From Geosiphon pyriformis uo1 (Eukaryota > Fungi > Glomeromycota): 64,000 nt of DNA. The notes beneath the pieces are model-generated. The model did no database searches. It was not told the origin of the DNA and was given only the letters and a program-made list of their open reading frames with translations. The stretch covers positions 1 to 64,000 of the forward strand of contig JAAOMT010000608.1 in assembly GCA_016748015.1 (NCBI GenBank). The letters are read 5' to 3'. Made by a program: the position numbers and the translations under genes. The first letter of the stretch is position 1. Every line of letters starts with the position of its first letter. This document shows, one piece after another, positions 38,609 through 52,275 of the stretch.

Positions 38609-40690
38609 TGTATTAAATTAACCATATTATATTAGCCAATATCATAAATTTGCAAGTTAGAAACTCATTAAACTTTGATGTGATACGATTTTTACTTTTC
38701 ATCAAGTGATTTTAATCTGGGAAGAAAAATCTAGATCGAAAATTTGAAATTATTTGAAATTTTGCCAATATCCTAAATGTCAAAGGTCTGTGCTAATATT
38801 GACCAAATTTTGAAGATGTATTAAATGATCTTTCATGACATAAAAAATTCCCTTATGATGATCACAATTGATGCAAGCTAATTCTCATGAGAATGTATCT
38901 CAAAAAAAGAATCAGACAATCAATCAAGTAAAAAAAGATTTTAAACCCTATTTTTGGCTCTATTCAATTTAAAAATCCCCGCATAATTCTAATCGCCTTT
39001 TCAATTTGGTTTTCCCAATTTTTTTTGACCCACCTATTAGGTATTTATTAATGATCCAAAAGAATTTTATTTCAGATAAAGTATTAATTTTTTAGCCAGG
39101 CATTGTAGATTATACAGTCACTCCAATTTGAATTTTCTGAAAAAAAAAAATCTTTTTTTCAGTCATCCCCTTAACCCATTTCATTAGAAAAACAAAGATT
39201 GAGCCTTTAATGAAATTTTTATTTTAGGCAAATTTATAAAATTTTTAGCACAAAACGGGTGCTTTAACTTATCCCTTATTATAATTAAAATATTAAATTT
39301 TACTCTCTAGAAATAGATACTTTTGAACAAAAAATTTTTGAAAAAGAAAATAAAAAATAGTACAACCCTTATTATTTATATTCAATCCGTAGCCACTTCC
39401 AAATTGGCTTGACAAATTTTGGAATTGAATTTACTTCTCATTTCATTAGGTAATATATTAAATTTGTTTTTGAGGAGAAAATTGAGTTTGTGAACACAAT
39501 TTAATTTTAAAAAAGAAATTCATTATTGGAATGGTCACTACATACCCGAATTGTAAATAAACCACTTTAAAAATTTAGTTCGAAATTTTTAATATTTATA
39601 TATGGGCGTACTTTGCACGAGATCTCATAGGCGATTATTTTGATTGGCCGGCCTATCAGTAGATCTTTGAAACACAAAACTTTAATTAACCACGCTGTGT
39701 CACAAAATGATCAAACTGAAATTTTTTATTTTCTGAAAATCACAAGAACGCATTGCCTCCATGTGGTCCAGAATGAGACCTTGTCCTAACTACAACAAAG
39801 ATAAATGACTAAAAGCTTCATTAAATTGGAAATCTCAAATTTATGTACAATGAAATCCTTAGATTTTGCTTTTCTTTTTCTTTTTTTTTTTTCACAAAAA
39901 AGTCAGAAATTAAAATGTAACCATTTTTGGCTGAAAATTTCAAGTTTGGCTCTATGCCGATCTTAGTTCAGTATGTTACAAAATTCGCTAAAGAGAACAA
40001 TGCACAAAATGTGGTACAAGGGAAATTGGGTGATACCTACTAGATTTTACATGGAGTTCGTTTGTTTCCTGATGCGAAAGTTGACTTTTGAAACATCACC
40101 TGCTCTATTTATATGCTTGGTTAATTTCAAATCAAAAAATATTTGGAGGTTGGAATCATAGTTCCGTTTCTCATAATCGTCAACTTAATAATAATTGAAA
40201 CCATGCTAATAAACTTTTAAGGTTCAGGATTTTTGTGAGTTGCCACTTGATTTGGAAAATTCTTTTCTTAATAAATTGTTGATTCCCCAAAGAATTTCTA
40301 CAATGAATCATTTTGAATAAGAACGTTAATATTATTTACAAACTCTTGATAAGGCACTATTAATAAAAAATACAGTTACTATCAAGTCAAAAAGCAAATT
40401 TCACATATAATACCATTTCTTGCCTTAACCATTACCAAATACCAATACCAATACCAATACCAAAAACTCACTTCAATCCTTTCATCAAGTGGTTCAAACT
40501 CATACATCACAATAGTCACTTCCTTTCTGCTGACAAAATAGGAAGAGTTTATTCATTTTCTGTCGAGTGCTTACTTGGTTCGTTCCATCTTATTCCTTGT
40601 CTACAACAGACAAGTAGCCGAGTAAGACAGTCGATAAAACAAAAAGCTCTTGACTTCAAATATATACTAGTGGCAAAGATCTAACACATT

Positions 40691-42811
40691 ATGGCATCAT
40701 CAAATGAATCACACTCACCTCAAGTTCAGCACCAATCTTCGACACATATGATGAAGACCACGAGGTCAGGAAGACCTTTTGTCAAGGTTTGTTGATGAAA
40801 GGTCTAATATTTTATTGATTGATATTTTGGGAAGGATTTCGAAATAATTCCCAGTTTAGATTTATGACTTGAACTTCATATCGCTCATTTCCACTCATAC
40901 TTCGATTCGACTCCTTTGTTTGAACAGGATATTCATGATTTATTCTCGACCTTAGTTGTATCACTACCCATGGACACCCATCGACACTTATTTCGTACTT
41001 ATCCAAACACTTTTACAACTGAAGAGGCTGTTTTGAATTTGGGCTCTTTGAAATTCACTCAATCTAATCGTTCTCCAGATCCCAAAGATCCTTCAAGAAT
41101 TATAACTACCACTACTACGACTACATTTAGCATGACCAAAGATATGGCAAAGAGTGTTTGTCAAACATTTATGGACGCAAAGCTTTTCGAGCATTCTTCA
41201 GATACTACATCAAGAATATTTCGAGACAAAAATTTATATTGCCTCACACCGAAGGGTGTACACATTCTTGAGAAGTTTGTAGTACAAAATGGAATAATCG
41301 CAAACAATCTGACACGAATGTTCACATCTCAACTAGCACCAATCAAACTATATTACTTGGAAAGAAATCCTGATAATGATGCTTTATTGCTGAATAAGTC
41401 GGTAATTGATGAAATATTTCGGAGATTTGTTGGCCCACGACCAAATGATATCACACCGCATCAAAAAGATAAAGACAGTGAAAAGGATACTGTTTCAGAT
41501 GCTGCATCAAGTTCATCTGCAGAAAAAGGTGATCGTAATTTGGGAATTGAATTAAAGGATCGACAGCAAAATCATAGAGTTTTTCGTCAAACCTTTTATG
41601 GTCTACCAGCGTTAGATTGGATATGTGATTTTACTACAGCAATTGCTCGTGAGGAGGCAAGCAAAATTGCCAACGAATTTTTAAGATTAGGTCTCATTGA
41701 ACCTGTTCCTGATAAAAAAATTGAGAAAGATAGTCATCATGAACCGAGACTTTCACGGAGCACATTGTATAAAATAACCAGTGAAGGACGACGTGTTGCG
41801 GGCTGGGATCAAGTAATTTCACAACCAATCCCTATTAATCCAGAAAAATTCGAAAGAAATGGAATACGTGGGATGCTTAGTATTGCGCATATGAACAAAT
41901 CGGACAATTCAAGAAGTAGGAATGTTCAATTATCATCATCACTTGATTCTGAAAGTGGAAGTCATCTTCATAATGCTACAATCAAAGGGCATCGACCTCG
42001 AGGTAATTCTGTTAGTGAAAGACATTTTGAAGGGCACTCAAGTCATCACGAATCAAATACAAAAAAACTTTCCCAGATTCTTGAAGATCTAACACTTCGA
42101 TCCCATTTTATGGACTTCTTGAAAGCGAATTTTTGTGAAGAGAACTTACTATTTCTCTTGGACATTCAACAATTTAAAGCAAAACATTCCCATAATTTGG
42201 ATGAGAATGGTGAACCGAAAGGTGAAGAGGAGCGGCAATCATTAATCGCAGACTCTTTTCGAATCTACAATAATTTCTTAGCACCTGCATCAGTCAATGA
42301 ACTCAATATTGATTATGGAATGCGACATCAAATGATTCAATACATGACATCAATCATGTCTCATAAGCGAGAAATCGAGAAATTAGACTCGGAGCATCTC
42401 TCCAATGTTCCGGGCTCGTCTCAAACCCAGGCAACTCCGATCACTGTTCGCTTATATGATGAAATTCAAGACACAATCTTTCGATTAATGGCAACGGATT
42501 CTGTTCCAAAATTCAGCAAAACAGATATATATCTAACCACTGTATTCGGACGACCCGGTCATGAAAATGGAGTAACACTTACAAAAAAGAATAGTATACT
42601 GAGTTCGCATGGTAAGAATGAAACCAAAGCAGCTGCACGACACAAGAAGGACTCTTCCAATGGATCGAGTGGATCAGACGGAACGAAAGAAACGCCTAGA
42701 ATTATTACAACAAAGCCTTCGGTTGCTACTATTATGACAACAAAGCCTTCGGTTGCTACTGTTATGACTACAAAAACGAATGGTATTGTAGTAAACGGTC
42801 AAGCGTTATGA
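40691..42811 (+). CDS. flbA: Regulator of G-protein signalling, FlbA/Sst2 type (DEP-DEP-RGS)
   Basis: Exon 40691-40786, intron 40787-40927, exon 40928-42811. Motifs GRPFVKDIHDLFSTL, SQ/TQSNRSPDPKDPSRIITTTTTTTFSM, LTPKG; RGS domain NFCEENLLF, FLAPASVNELNI, FRLMATDSVPKF. Confidence 0.93.
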
Positions 42812-43269
42812 TTAGCTGAAAATATTGCGATACCATGAACTTGATTTTGGAAAAACTTGTAAATTACCCAGGGGTATTTCAAATTTATTTTTAATTAATA
42901 CTATATTATAAACTATACTTGAGTCTACCATCTGTATTATTTTCCTTCAAAAGCCCATTTAGATAGAACCCATAGTCTATTATCTCAATACCTAATACCC
43001 TTGTTTATCTATATCTAAAATTTAATTCAGCATCTGTCTGCTCCTTTCGCTCTCCAAAAGTCAAGTAATATTTTTCGCGGCGAATAAATAAAAAATTGAG
43101 AATTAAGAAAGATAAAGTTATATGTAAACCATTTTTGTTCTATTTAAATAAGTTCATTATGTAAGTGTTTAATTGCATATCCCAATAAGTAGTTGGGTAT
43201 AAACCACAACTGCTAGCGAATTCCAAATAATTTAAGAATATTTTATCACAGTTCTTTGAAGGTTGATTC

Positions 43270-44042
43270 TTAAACCCATCCAAAATTTGACAAAATCCAT
43301 CCCAACCAAACGACTATATATCCCAAAAACACTTTCAGGAACATAATTACTCCAGATACCATCGAAAAGTAATTTTCAAATTGAAATAAATCTTCTTGAC
43401 TCGAGATGTAGTATTTTTGATCATGTGGATTTTTGCGAAGAGTCAGAATTACTATGTGCCTAAATTTTAGGTATTTAATTTCAGGTTGAATTTTTTTGTT
43501 ATTTGGCGGCAGTAAGAAATAAATTTGATGCAAATGCCTACCTTGCTGCGATAATACGTTTCGGGAAAATACGAAGTTGCGTGTTAGCTGAAAGATCAAT
43601 AACGGCCTTTGAGGTTAGCGTGACATCAGTTTTTTCAGGGCTGAACCCTGTAATGAAATCGTACTTGTGAATTCAAGCTGAATGGCTTGAAAGAAACTTT
43701 GGAAAGATATAAAATTTGAAAACTCACAAATGTCATGGACGACAGGCCTGCTAGGCAACAAGATAACTGCTTAAAAGTTTTTATTTATTTATTTAATTAA
43801 TGCATTTCTTGAAAAGGATCGATTACATTTTGTCACTGTTATTACAAACCTCGAAAAAATCGATATATATTGATAACAGCATCTCTTGATCCTGGGTTCC
43901 CTTTGACAAAGAGGAAAGGATGCCTAAATTCTACATTATTAACAAACGTTTCTCTGATCTCTTTGATGTATCTGAAAGAATTATCTGGTGAAGCAATAAG
44001 ATTGTTTATAATTATTGGAATGTCCTGAAGTGGATTTTGCAT
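43270..44042 (-). CDS. Fungal SigF-like NTF2-like domain protein with C-terminal hydrophobic segment
   Basis: Four inferred exons giving MQNPLQDIPIIINNL..EFRHPFLFV..SRDAVINIYRFFR, PVVHDIWFSPEK, HIVILTL..KYYISSQEDLFQ. Matches my recollection of the fungal MENPVxEI...FxHP...YYIxxQxDLYQ family. Confidence 0.7.
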
Positions 44043-44187
44043 TGAAGAGTAGCTCTTTAGAATTAAAATAAATTGTAAAAATTCATGTTGAGAGCCCATT
44101 TTATGTGTTTTCTTTTTAGCTATTTGAGATTAATTGACTCCTTTTTATCATGAACATTTTGATTGTGTTGTTTAGATTAGTAATTTA

Positions 44188-45594
44188 TCAATACATTTTG
44201 GGATATAGAATTGAAGGCCTCAGGTTACATTTCCCGAAAGTGACCCCAAAGTAAGGCCCTAAAGGGGAGCCTTCAAAGTCTGTTGAATAATCAGATGTTC
44301 CAACGTTACAATTCTGTAATTAAATAACTTTTAGAAAATTGTCTCCAAAATAAAAAGCACCTTTCTAAATTTTTTACTTACATGATTTTCCTCACCAGTA
44401 GAACTATCAGCTAAACACATATAAATCGGTAAATTGAGGTCGTGGGTTCCCATATACGTAACTCCCTGCCCTCTTTCATGTTCACAATCACAATTTTGAT
44501 TAGCAATCCAAATTTCTACTCCATGATGTCGGAAATATGGAGTTGGTAAGAACAATCTTGAAATATAATCGTTTGTGTGTGTAATTCGATATACTAGTAT
44601 AGTACTTTCGATAAGTTGGGCAAATTCAGGTGTACCTATTCGAGGTTGACCAAATGTATACGTTTCTACAATAAAATTCGGGTTAAGCCAATCTTGAAAT
44701 TCTCCCCCGTTTAGTTTTAGCTGAAATGATAAAGCGGCAAGAACAGCGTAGACTATCAAATAAAATTTGGTGTTTTAAGAATTGAATTTGAAGCCTTTGA
44801 TTGATCATGAAAGAAACTCTACAAAGGGTAGGAATTTCACACGTACCACCACCAACACCATGCCCTGTGAATATAATTCGGTCGTAATACGGACTATGTC
44901 TAATAGGGTATAAAATACTCTCGATTTTAGTGAAAAGAGCAGGTAACACCTCTTGAATATCGCCATTCCAAAGAAAATCAACTTTAGCATTTGGAACTTG
45001 AGCCATTCTAAAGTATAATGAACTATATCGTTCAATCATTGTACGTTGGGCCAATTGATATGGCGTGTATTTCTCCCCTCTGAAATATGCTATTATGCTC
45101 CCCTCTTTGGCTACGACGTCGGCTGAGGATATAAAAAAAAACTCATGAAAAGAATGCATGATATTAAACAGTGAAAAGAGAGAAACACTCTATGCCAAAC
45201 CTTTGATATCACGATTACTTAAATACTTTCCAATTTCATTTTCGTGACGACAGTACCCATAATTTGCATATTTTGCTATTTTCGAAATTTTGAGTATCAA
45301 ATGCCAGTTGGTTATATCTAACTCCCGATCATTTATTCTTTTCTGAATACGATTCTGTGCATTATTCTTGAATTGAGAAATATTCGTAGAATTGTCCTCA
45401 ATCGAAAAATAATTTGAAATTTTTTTTTTATTACTTAAATTCTTAAAGTTCACAATATATGTATGACTCAAATAATAGATCTTTAGAATTTTCCACATAG
45501 AACCAAAGACTATGAAGAATATTATCATCTGAAATATCAAAGATTTTCGTCGCTCTCTAGAGATATATGTAGTAAAATTATAAATTAGCTTCAT
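44188..45594 (-). CDS. Lipase class 3-like protein with N-terminal anchor, lacking catalytic Ser and His (GHGVGG; GSPLGPY)
   Basis: Exons about 45594-45201, 45122-44847, 44752-44382 and 44313-44188. Motifs KYANYGYC, IIAYFRG, IIFTGHGVGG, TFGQPRIG, RITHTNDYIS, FRHHGVEIW, LGPYFG. Confidence 0.85.
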
Positions 45595-47525
45595 TGGTAA
45601 GAAGCTAAGCTCCCAAGTAAATTTTAAATTTTTCCGTTACTAGAGGATAAGCATTAGTATTTGAAGTTTTCGACTCTCGTCAAAAATCGGCAATCTCAAA
45701 AGGAGTACCCGGAAAATCTTAATAAAGTAGTTAATGGTTGTAATTCTCAGAATACATGTAGTAGATAACAAAATTAAATTAATAAATATTATTTTCAGGC
45801 CTTTTAAATTTTGATCTGTTTATCTATCCTATTCAAATAAATTAGATTGCCTCTTTTATATATATATATATATATATCAAAAGTATTTAGAATAAAATGA
45901 TCGAGTTAGAAAAGAAATTGTGCAAGAATTGGTTGAAATTGAAAGAACTTGTGTTCAGTCCCTAATTATAACGATCCTTTTGTAGGACATACAGAAGCTT
46001 GTAGGGAATCTTCCGCATGAGTAAACTTTCACGTCTCTGTTTTGTTAAAGACAAGAGAGATCTGGTCTCTTGGCTCTTTAATAGATGATACAAAATACAG
46101 CTCTTTCGAAAGGTATATAATACGAGTTGAATTAATTGTTTTTCCGTTGAAAAAAAAGATTTTTCAAATTTAAAAATAAGCGTGCTAGAGCATTTTTCAA
46201 AAATTTTTCTACATATACCATAAATTCTAAACAGCAAAAATAAAACCCTACAACTAAATTTGCTTTAATTTTAATTTGGCAAAGATCCAGTTATTTAAAA
46301 ACACTTATATTTTTTTATAATTCAAATTACATGTATATTTAATATTTTAATAAATGCAATGAATTTTTTTTAAAAAATAAAATTAATATTAATATGTTTA
46401 AAATTATGTATTTGAGCTTTCAAATTAAAATTAAAATACCTTGGTTTAATTTTTATAATATTTATGAATTTTCGATTATGATTTTTCTATTTACAGATTT
46501 TAAAAAATATATTATTATTTAATCAATTTCAATCTTTCTATAACGTTTGATTAAAATGAAATATATAAATATATCAATTAAATATAAAAATTAATTTCAA
46601 ATAAGAAATATTTAAAAGTTGACATAAAAATATTTTTTTACTCAATTCATCTTTTGTTGAACTTGCAAAATTTATGAATATTGCAGAATTTATGAATATT
46701 ATAGAACATTTTAATCACTAATTTGTTTCAATAAACATCTAAATTATATGGTAATTTCTGAGATGAAATTTCTAAAATTATGAAGCTAAGACATGTATAA
46801 CCTGAATTTCTCTCTCTTAAGTTGCAGAGATGTACTGGATTTTGATATCATCTGGCATTTATAGTTTTTTAATCTGGATAATTAAAAGATTTTTCTTTGG
46901 CAGTTTGATGAAATACGTATTATTATTTATAAATGTGCAATCTTTATGATTAACCTTAAAAAATATATAACTTTTAAAAACAGCGAGTAATAATATTTTA
47001 CAAATTTCAGCTAATAAACCCTAAATTGAATTTTTGAAATTTCGTGTGATTGATTATTTACTTTCGGTTTGGTTCTCTGAGAAAAATATTGCAGTCCTGA
47101 GGTATACTCAAGAATTGTTATGAATATAAATTTTGGAACCATATTAAAAAAAAACTTTTTAAATAGTTTTACCCTTGTCATTTGCTAGAGTGTTATGATC
47201 CACGCTCTTGGACGAGTGCATCGTAGATCAGTGACTTACACCCTTTTGATTGGTTCTGAGAAATATTTACTTTTGCCTAATTCGACAAAATTTATGTCAA
47301 AAACAACTTTTCCAAGTAGAGCTTTTTCACCAGTTTGCGTTCTCAGCCGAAAATTTTGGTTTGCTAACATTCTGTGGTAAGTTTGGGAGTCTTGAAATCA
47401 CAAAAACTTTCATATTACTCTAACCCACCTAACATGAATAATGTTTTTTCTCCTTTCATTCGAAGATATTTGTAAAACAACTGAAAAACTTTTTCAAAGA
47501 AATATCTAACGGTCATACACTTAAA

Positions 47526-48627
47526 ATGAACGATTTACAAACACCTACCCGATTGGATCCGCAGCATACAGCTCAGATTATGCAAAAAACTGAAGAGGTT
47601 GGGTAAATTGATGAAATCTTTGACATTTGAACCAAATGAGAATTCGAACAAAACAAAAATACAGGATATCTCATTGACTTGAGACTTATTTCAAAATTCC
47701 AAAATTTATCATTCGTAGGCTATAGAAGCGTACAGGATAGCAGGTCAACAAATGCGTAAGGTATCCCGGATTTTAGGGGAATTACAAGTCATGCTTCCAG
47801 AAGGCATGTGTATTCGATTACCATCTGGTGAAGCTAATATTTATGCACACTTTGAACACATTCAACAACCGACACACCCATTCGATAATCTTCCACAAAG
47901 TGATCAATTAGTCTCACCATCGCCAATTCCGTCTACTTGGCTAAAAGAATCAAAATGGGGAAATATTGTTCCAAAGAAAGCCATAAGATTTCAAGAATCC
48001 TCTATGGATGAAGGCGAATCACATGATGAGTTCTTTTTATCCCCCTTAGCAGATTCCGCATCTAAGACAAAGAAACCTCGGAGAAAAAGCAAAGCAAAGA
48101 AAAAGATTCGATATAAGCCTTATAAGAAACCTTCTCTTTCCAAAAGTAGACTCTCCCTGAATGAACCCCAAGTCTTGACGAGGTCTAGAAACAAAAAAAA
48201 CCCAGGAAAATCTTCAACTTCCGGTTTACAGGAAAAGATTATTCTTACACTAAAGCAGAAACCGACAAAAGCCAAAGAACAGGCTACTTCTCGCTCGAGT
48301 TCAATTTCAACGGCAAAAAAATCTGGTCCATCATATAGTAAGAAACCGTTGACGGCTGAAGAAGCCGATCTCGTGGAAGAACTCCTTAAATATATGGAAC
48401 CACGTCTAGCTGATGGTGCCATCTCTCAAAAAGGGATCGCAACCGAAATTCGAGAAAGATCTGGGTTTACTTCGCAAATTGCTCAAGGTACCATCTCCAA
48501 AATGTTACGACGCCTTGAGGTACCTAAAGATCCGGTTACAATTGAAGCTATTCGTAGTTGGATTGCTGTTGAGAAATCTCGGAATAAAACTACCACCAAA
48601 GGAAAGAAAAGAGCCAGCAAAAAATGA
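47526..48627 (+). CDS. Basic nuclear protein with C-terminal lambda-repressor/POU-specific-like HTH
   Basis: Exon 47526-47597, intron, exon 47719-48627 in frame. K/R-rich NLS-like tracts; ISQKGIATEI...SQIAQGTISKML...AIRSWI. Confidence 0.6.
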
Positions 48628-51249
48628 CATCAAGCCATAGCTAAAGATTCCTTTATAAAAAATTTTTGTTTTTCACCACATTCAAAACCATATTTCTTGT
48701 AAATTGATCCTTATCCACAAATTTTGCATATTTCAATATAAACGTCACGTTCTCTAATGCTGGCTATAGAATATAATAAAATTAGAAAATCAGACATTGT
48801 TCACAATAAAAATAACGAATGCAAAAATTTTGGGAGTTTTATCATTTAATTTTGGGTAACGTTTTTAATTAAGTATTGTTTCTGAAGCCCATGAAAACAC
48901 TAAAATTTTTTCAATACAGATTAGAAATTTTCAAAACAAAAGAAATCCATTTCAGAACTTTCAATTCCTTCTAAGCTTGTAATCTTTCCGTGTTTATTAA
49001 CAGGTTTTTATAACAATTGACACATCTATGAGAAATATATTTTAAAAAAAAAGACCATATTCAGAATCAATTAGACTGTCAAAATTTGAAACGATTGTTA
49101 ATTTAATCAATAATGTTTGTAAAAAATTCTAACTCGGTTAAATCAATTTCAAAATACCAAAAACTATGGCTCTAAAGTATCAATAAACAAAATGTGTACA
49201 AATATTTGCATGAATTTTTTACATTTCAGCTAGCTTACCAGAAAATCTTTTTTTTTTTAAAAAAAATATATTCATTGAATTTATTTGTCCTAAAGTTTTT
49301 CTGTCCCCATTACAATTTTTGTTCCATTTATTGCAACCCCAATTGTCATTAACATTATTTGTCTCCGTTACTAAAATTTACGTTATTATTGCCATTGCAA
49401 AATGAAAAATAAAACTTTTGTAATTTTTGATTTCTGACAAAGCTTTCAACACATTCATGAACTTGAAAATAATAAATTTACTCTGGATATTTTTAGCTTT
49501 CAAATTTCCTTTTTTCCTATTGATGGGGAAAAACCAGAATCAAAAGTAGGGGCTGAGGATGGCTCCAATATATATGTCCACGCCCCAATAATTAAAACTA
49601 ACGGAAAAAATCATTTGGGTTTTTAGTCTTCTATGGATTTTGGTTTTTTTTGAGAGTAGGAGCCTCAAATTGAAGCCTTGTTTCTTGTGGCTTTGTTATG
49701 TCAATTTTGGATTACTTTTTAAAATATTAACAAAAAGCTTATATGCGATCTCGAAATTGAAGGAAATATATTTATCCTTGGTTCAGGCTTAAAGATGATG
49801 TATAAGGCTTTCAATAGCAGCCATCTTTCAACTATTTGGCTAAAAATATTTAGAAATTGGGTTTACATCAATTTTTTAATGTACCCATTTATTTTCATAA
49901 GATTTCGCTTTCCAATATTTAGCGAAATCAAATGATGAAAAGTTTTTTGTTTAAATTTAAATGAAATATCAAATGCTTTATATAAAAATTAACGCTATTT
50001 TAATTTACTCCAAAATGATTGTATTGAACATGATAAATAGTAGTATGTAGTAACTTTCAGTTAGAAATCTTCACAAGTTGAAACTTTTCAATTTCTCGTA
50101 CTTTAGAAATTTTAAGAAAATCAGATCCCAAGTCTGCAAAAATTTAGTTTCGCATCCAGGTTAAAAATTTTGCTACCAATTCAAAGAGACCCACCTAGTT
50201 TTGATGATTTAATATGAAAAAATAAGCTCTTTAAAACTATATTAAAAGTTTCTAAAAATGATTCGATAATGTTTATTTCAAGTATAAGAAACTGAGGTTG
50301 CAAGAACGAGAGTTTCCTATTTTATTTGCAAGACTAATTTTCGATTTATTGGATATACTGCTTTTTGAATTGGAAAGCTCCCATCACATTTAAATCGAAG
50401 AAGGGAGATTATTTAAAAAGAAGCTAGGAAAGATTTCAAAATTTCAAAATGTTCATATATAATATTTTCAATCTTTGGGAATAGGCCAAGTTGTCTCGTA
50501 TTTCTAAGATATTTATTGTAATAAAACGTTTTCCGGACAGGAAATTATCATTGATGAGTTACCGCAACACAAATAAGCGTGAAGAGAGAATCGATATTCT
50601 TTTAGTTTTTGGGTTTGTTGCTTAGAAAATTCGGCTTGTGTCTTGACACTTTTGGGAAAGGATATTGGGAAAAATAATTCTTGGGAATGTGTAGATATCG
50701 ATTGACGTAGTTTACAAGGTAATGGTAGTTGAAGAGTCATCCAAGGTCTTGGCTTAAGAAGTATATTTTTTGAGGATTCACCTAAGCAGAGAATCATGTC
50801 TCTTTATGTAGACTTTCTTTTTAATCATATATAATGATTTTGCTTTATCATCAAATTTCCGGTAACTTGTCAAAAATAAATCTAATAAAAGTGATTAAGT
50901 GAAAGTTCTAACTTTTTGGCAAACATTCCCTTGGCAACTGAGATTTATGCAGACTGATTTAAAGCATCACGCCAGATAATGAATTGATTTGAGGACAATG
51001 GTAGACCTGTTGAGACAGGGTGATAATTAATCGCTGATCGAATCAAATCAGGGCCTACTATCTTACTTTACTATTTATGTTATGCTTTAGATAAGCTATA
51101 TTTTTAAATTCATTTTTTTTATTAATTAACGAGTGCGAAAGATTCTAAAGTAAGTGAGGCTCATGCTTTTTCTACACGTGAACAGCCACTCGAGCCAATT
51201 AAAGCTACACTACGCGATGATCTTGCACAAAACCCCCTCCACATACAAA

Positions 51250-52235
51250 TTCTTTAGAGCTAAGTACTGCCAAACCACGAACATCAACCAAAATTAACTC
51301 ATTATTAATAATTACTAAAGTCTTTGCTCTATTATAAGAAACCACATATAAAAAAGTTTTTTAGCAATTCTAGACACTAAAAGCTTTAATTCAAAAAATT
51401 TGGAAGATTATTTGTTTTTGTTTTTCTTAAATTTATAAAACCAAGTCTTAAAGAAAATTTTATCAGCTAATAAACATAAAACTTCTTAAATGGAATCCTA
51501 TATATTATTTAGATTTCTATTCTTTTTTAGTTTATTAAACTTATTTATCATATTAAGAGTCTTTGATAAAAAAAATCTCTTATACTGTTTTTATTTAGAA
51601 TCATTTAACATTTATTATTTGTCTGTTTTTACAATGCACTGAGTTATATATTCAAAAAACCACTCGAGTCTATTGACATAAATACAGCCTTCTAGTTGGT
51701 ATTAAAATTTTTTTTACATTATGTACTTTCTGTTGGATTATAATAAAAGATTTATTAATAAAAAATATAGTTAATAGTTTTTTCCACTTTTGCATTATTT
51801 TAAGTTGAAATTTTAACTGTAAAACATCTCATTAAAATATTAAATAAATTCAAGTTTTAGTACTTTTAAAAACTAGTATTTTATTTGATGTTGTTTTAAT
51901 TAAAATTATAATTTACTGTTTTAACAATTATAGCATTAATATTACTAGTTGTTCTAATTTAATTTCAAAAAAACATCTGTATAAAGGCTTAAAATACTAA
52001 TTAAAAGTTTATTTCTAACAACAAACAAAATAATAAAAGCTCAATTTATTATTTTAATAATAATAGAAACCAAATTATTTATATTTTTATCTCGTCTTAT
52101 AATATTTTCTTGTTTTCCAAGATTTTTTTATCTTTTTTATATTGTAAATCACAACTTTTTAAATTAAATTAATTATTAGAACAGTAGTTTATCAAGCTTT
52201 AAATATGAATTAAGATTATTTATTTATTTTGTTAA

Positions 52236-52275
<40 letters not shown>

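Noticed and set aside
49500-50800. Coding-like fragments including ORF 50513-50797
   Set aside because: Many stops and no recognisable motif; cannot support a gene call.
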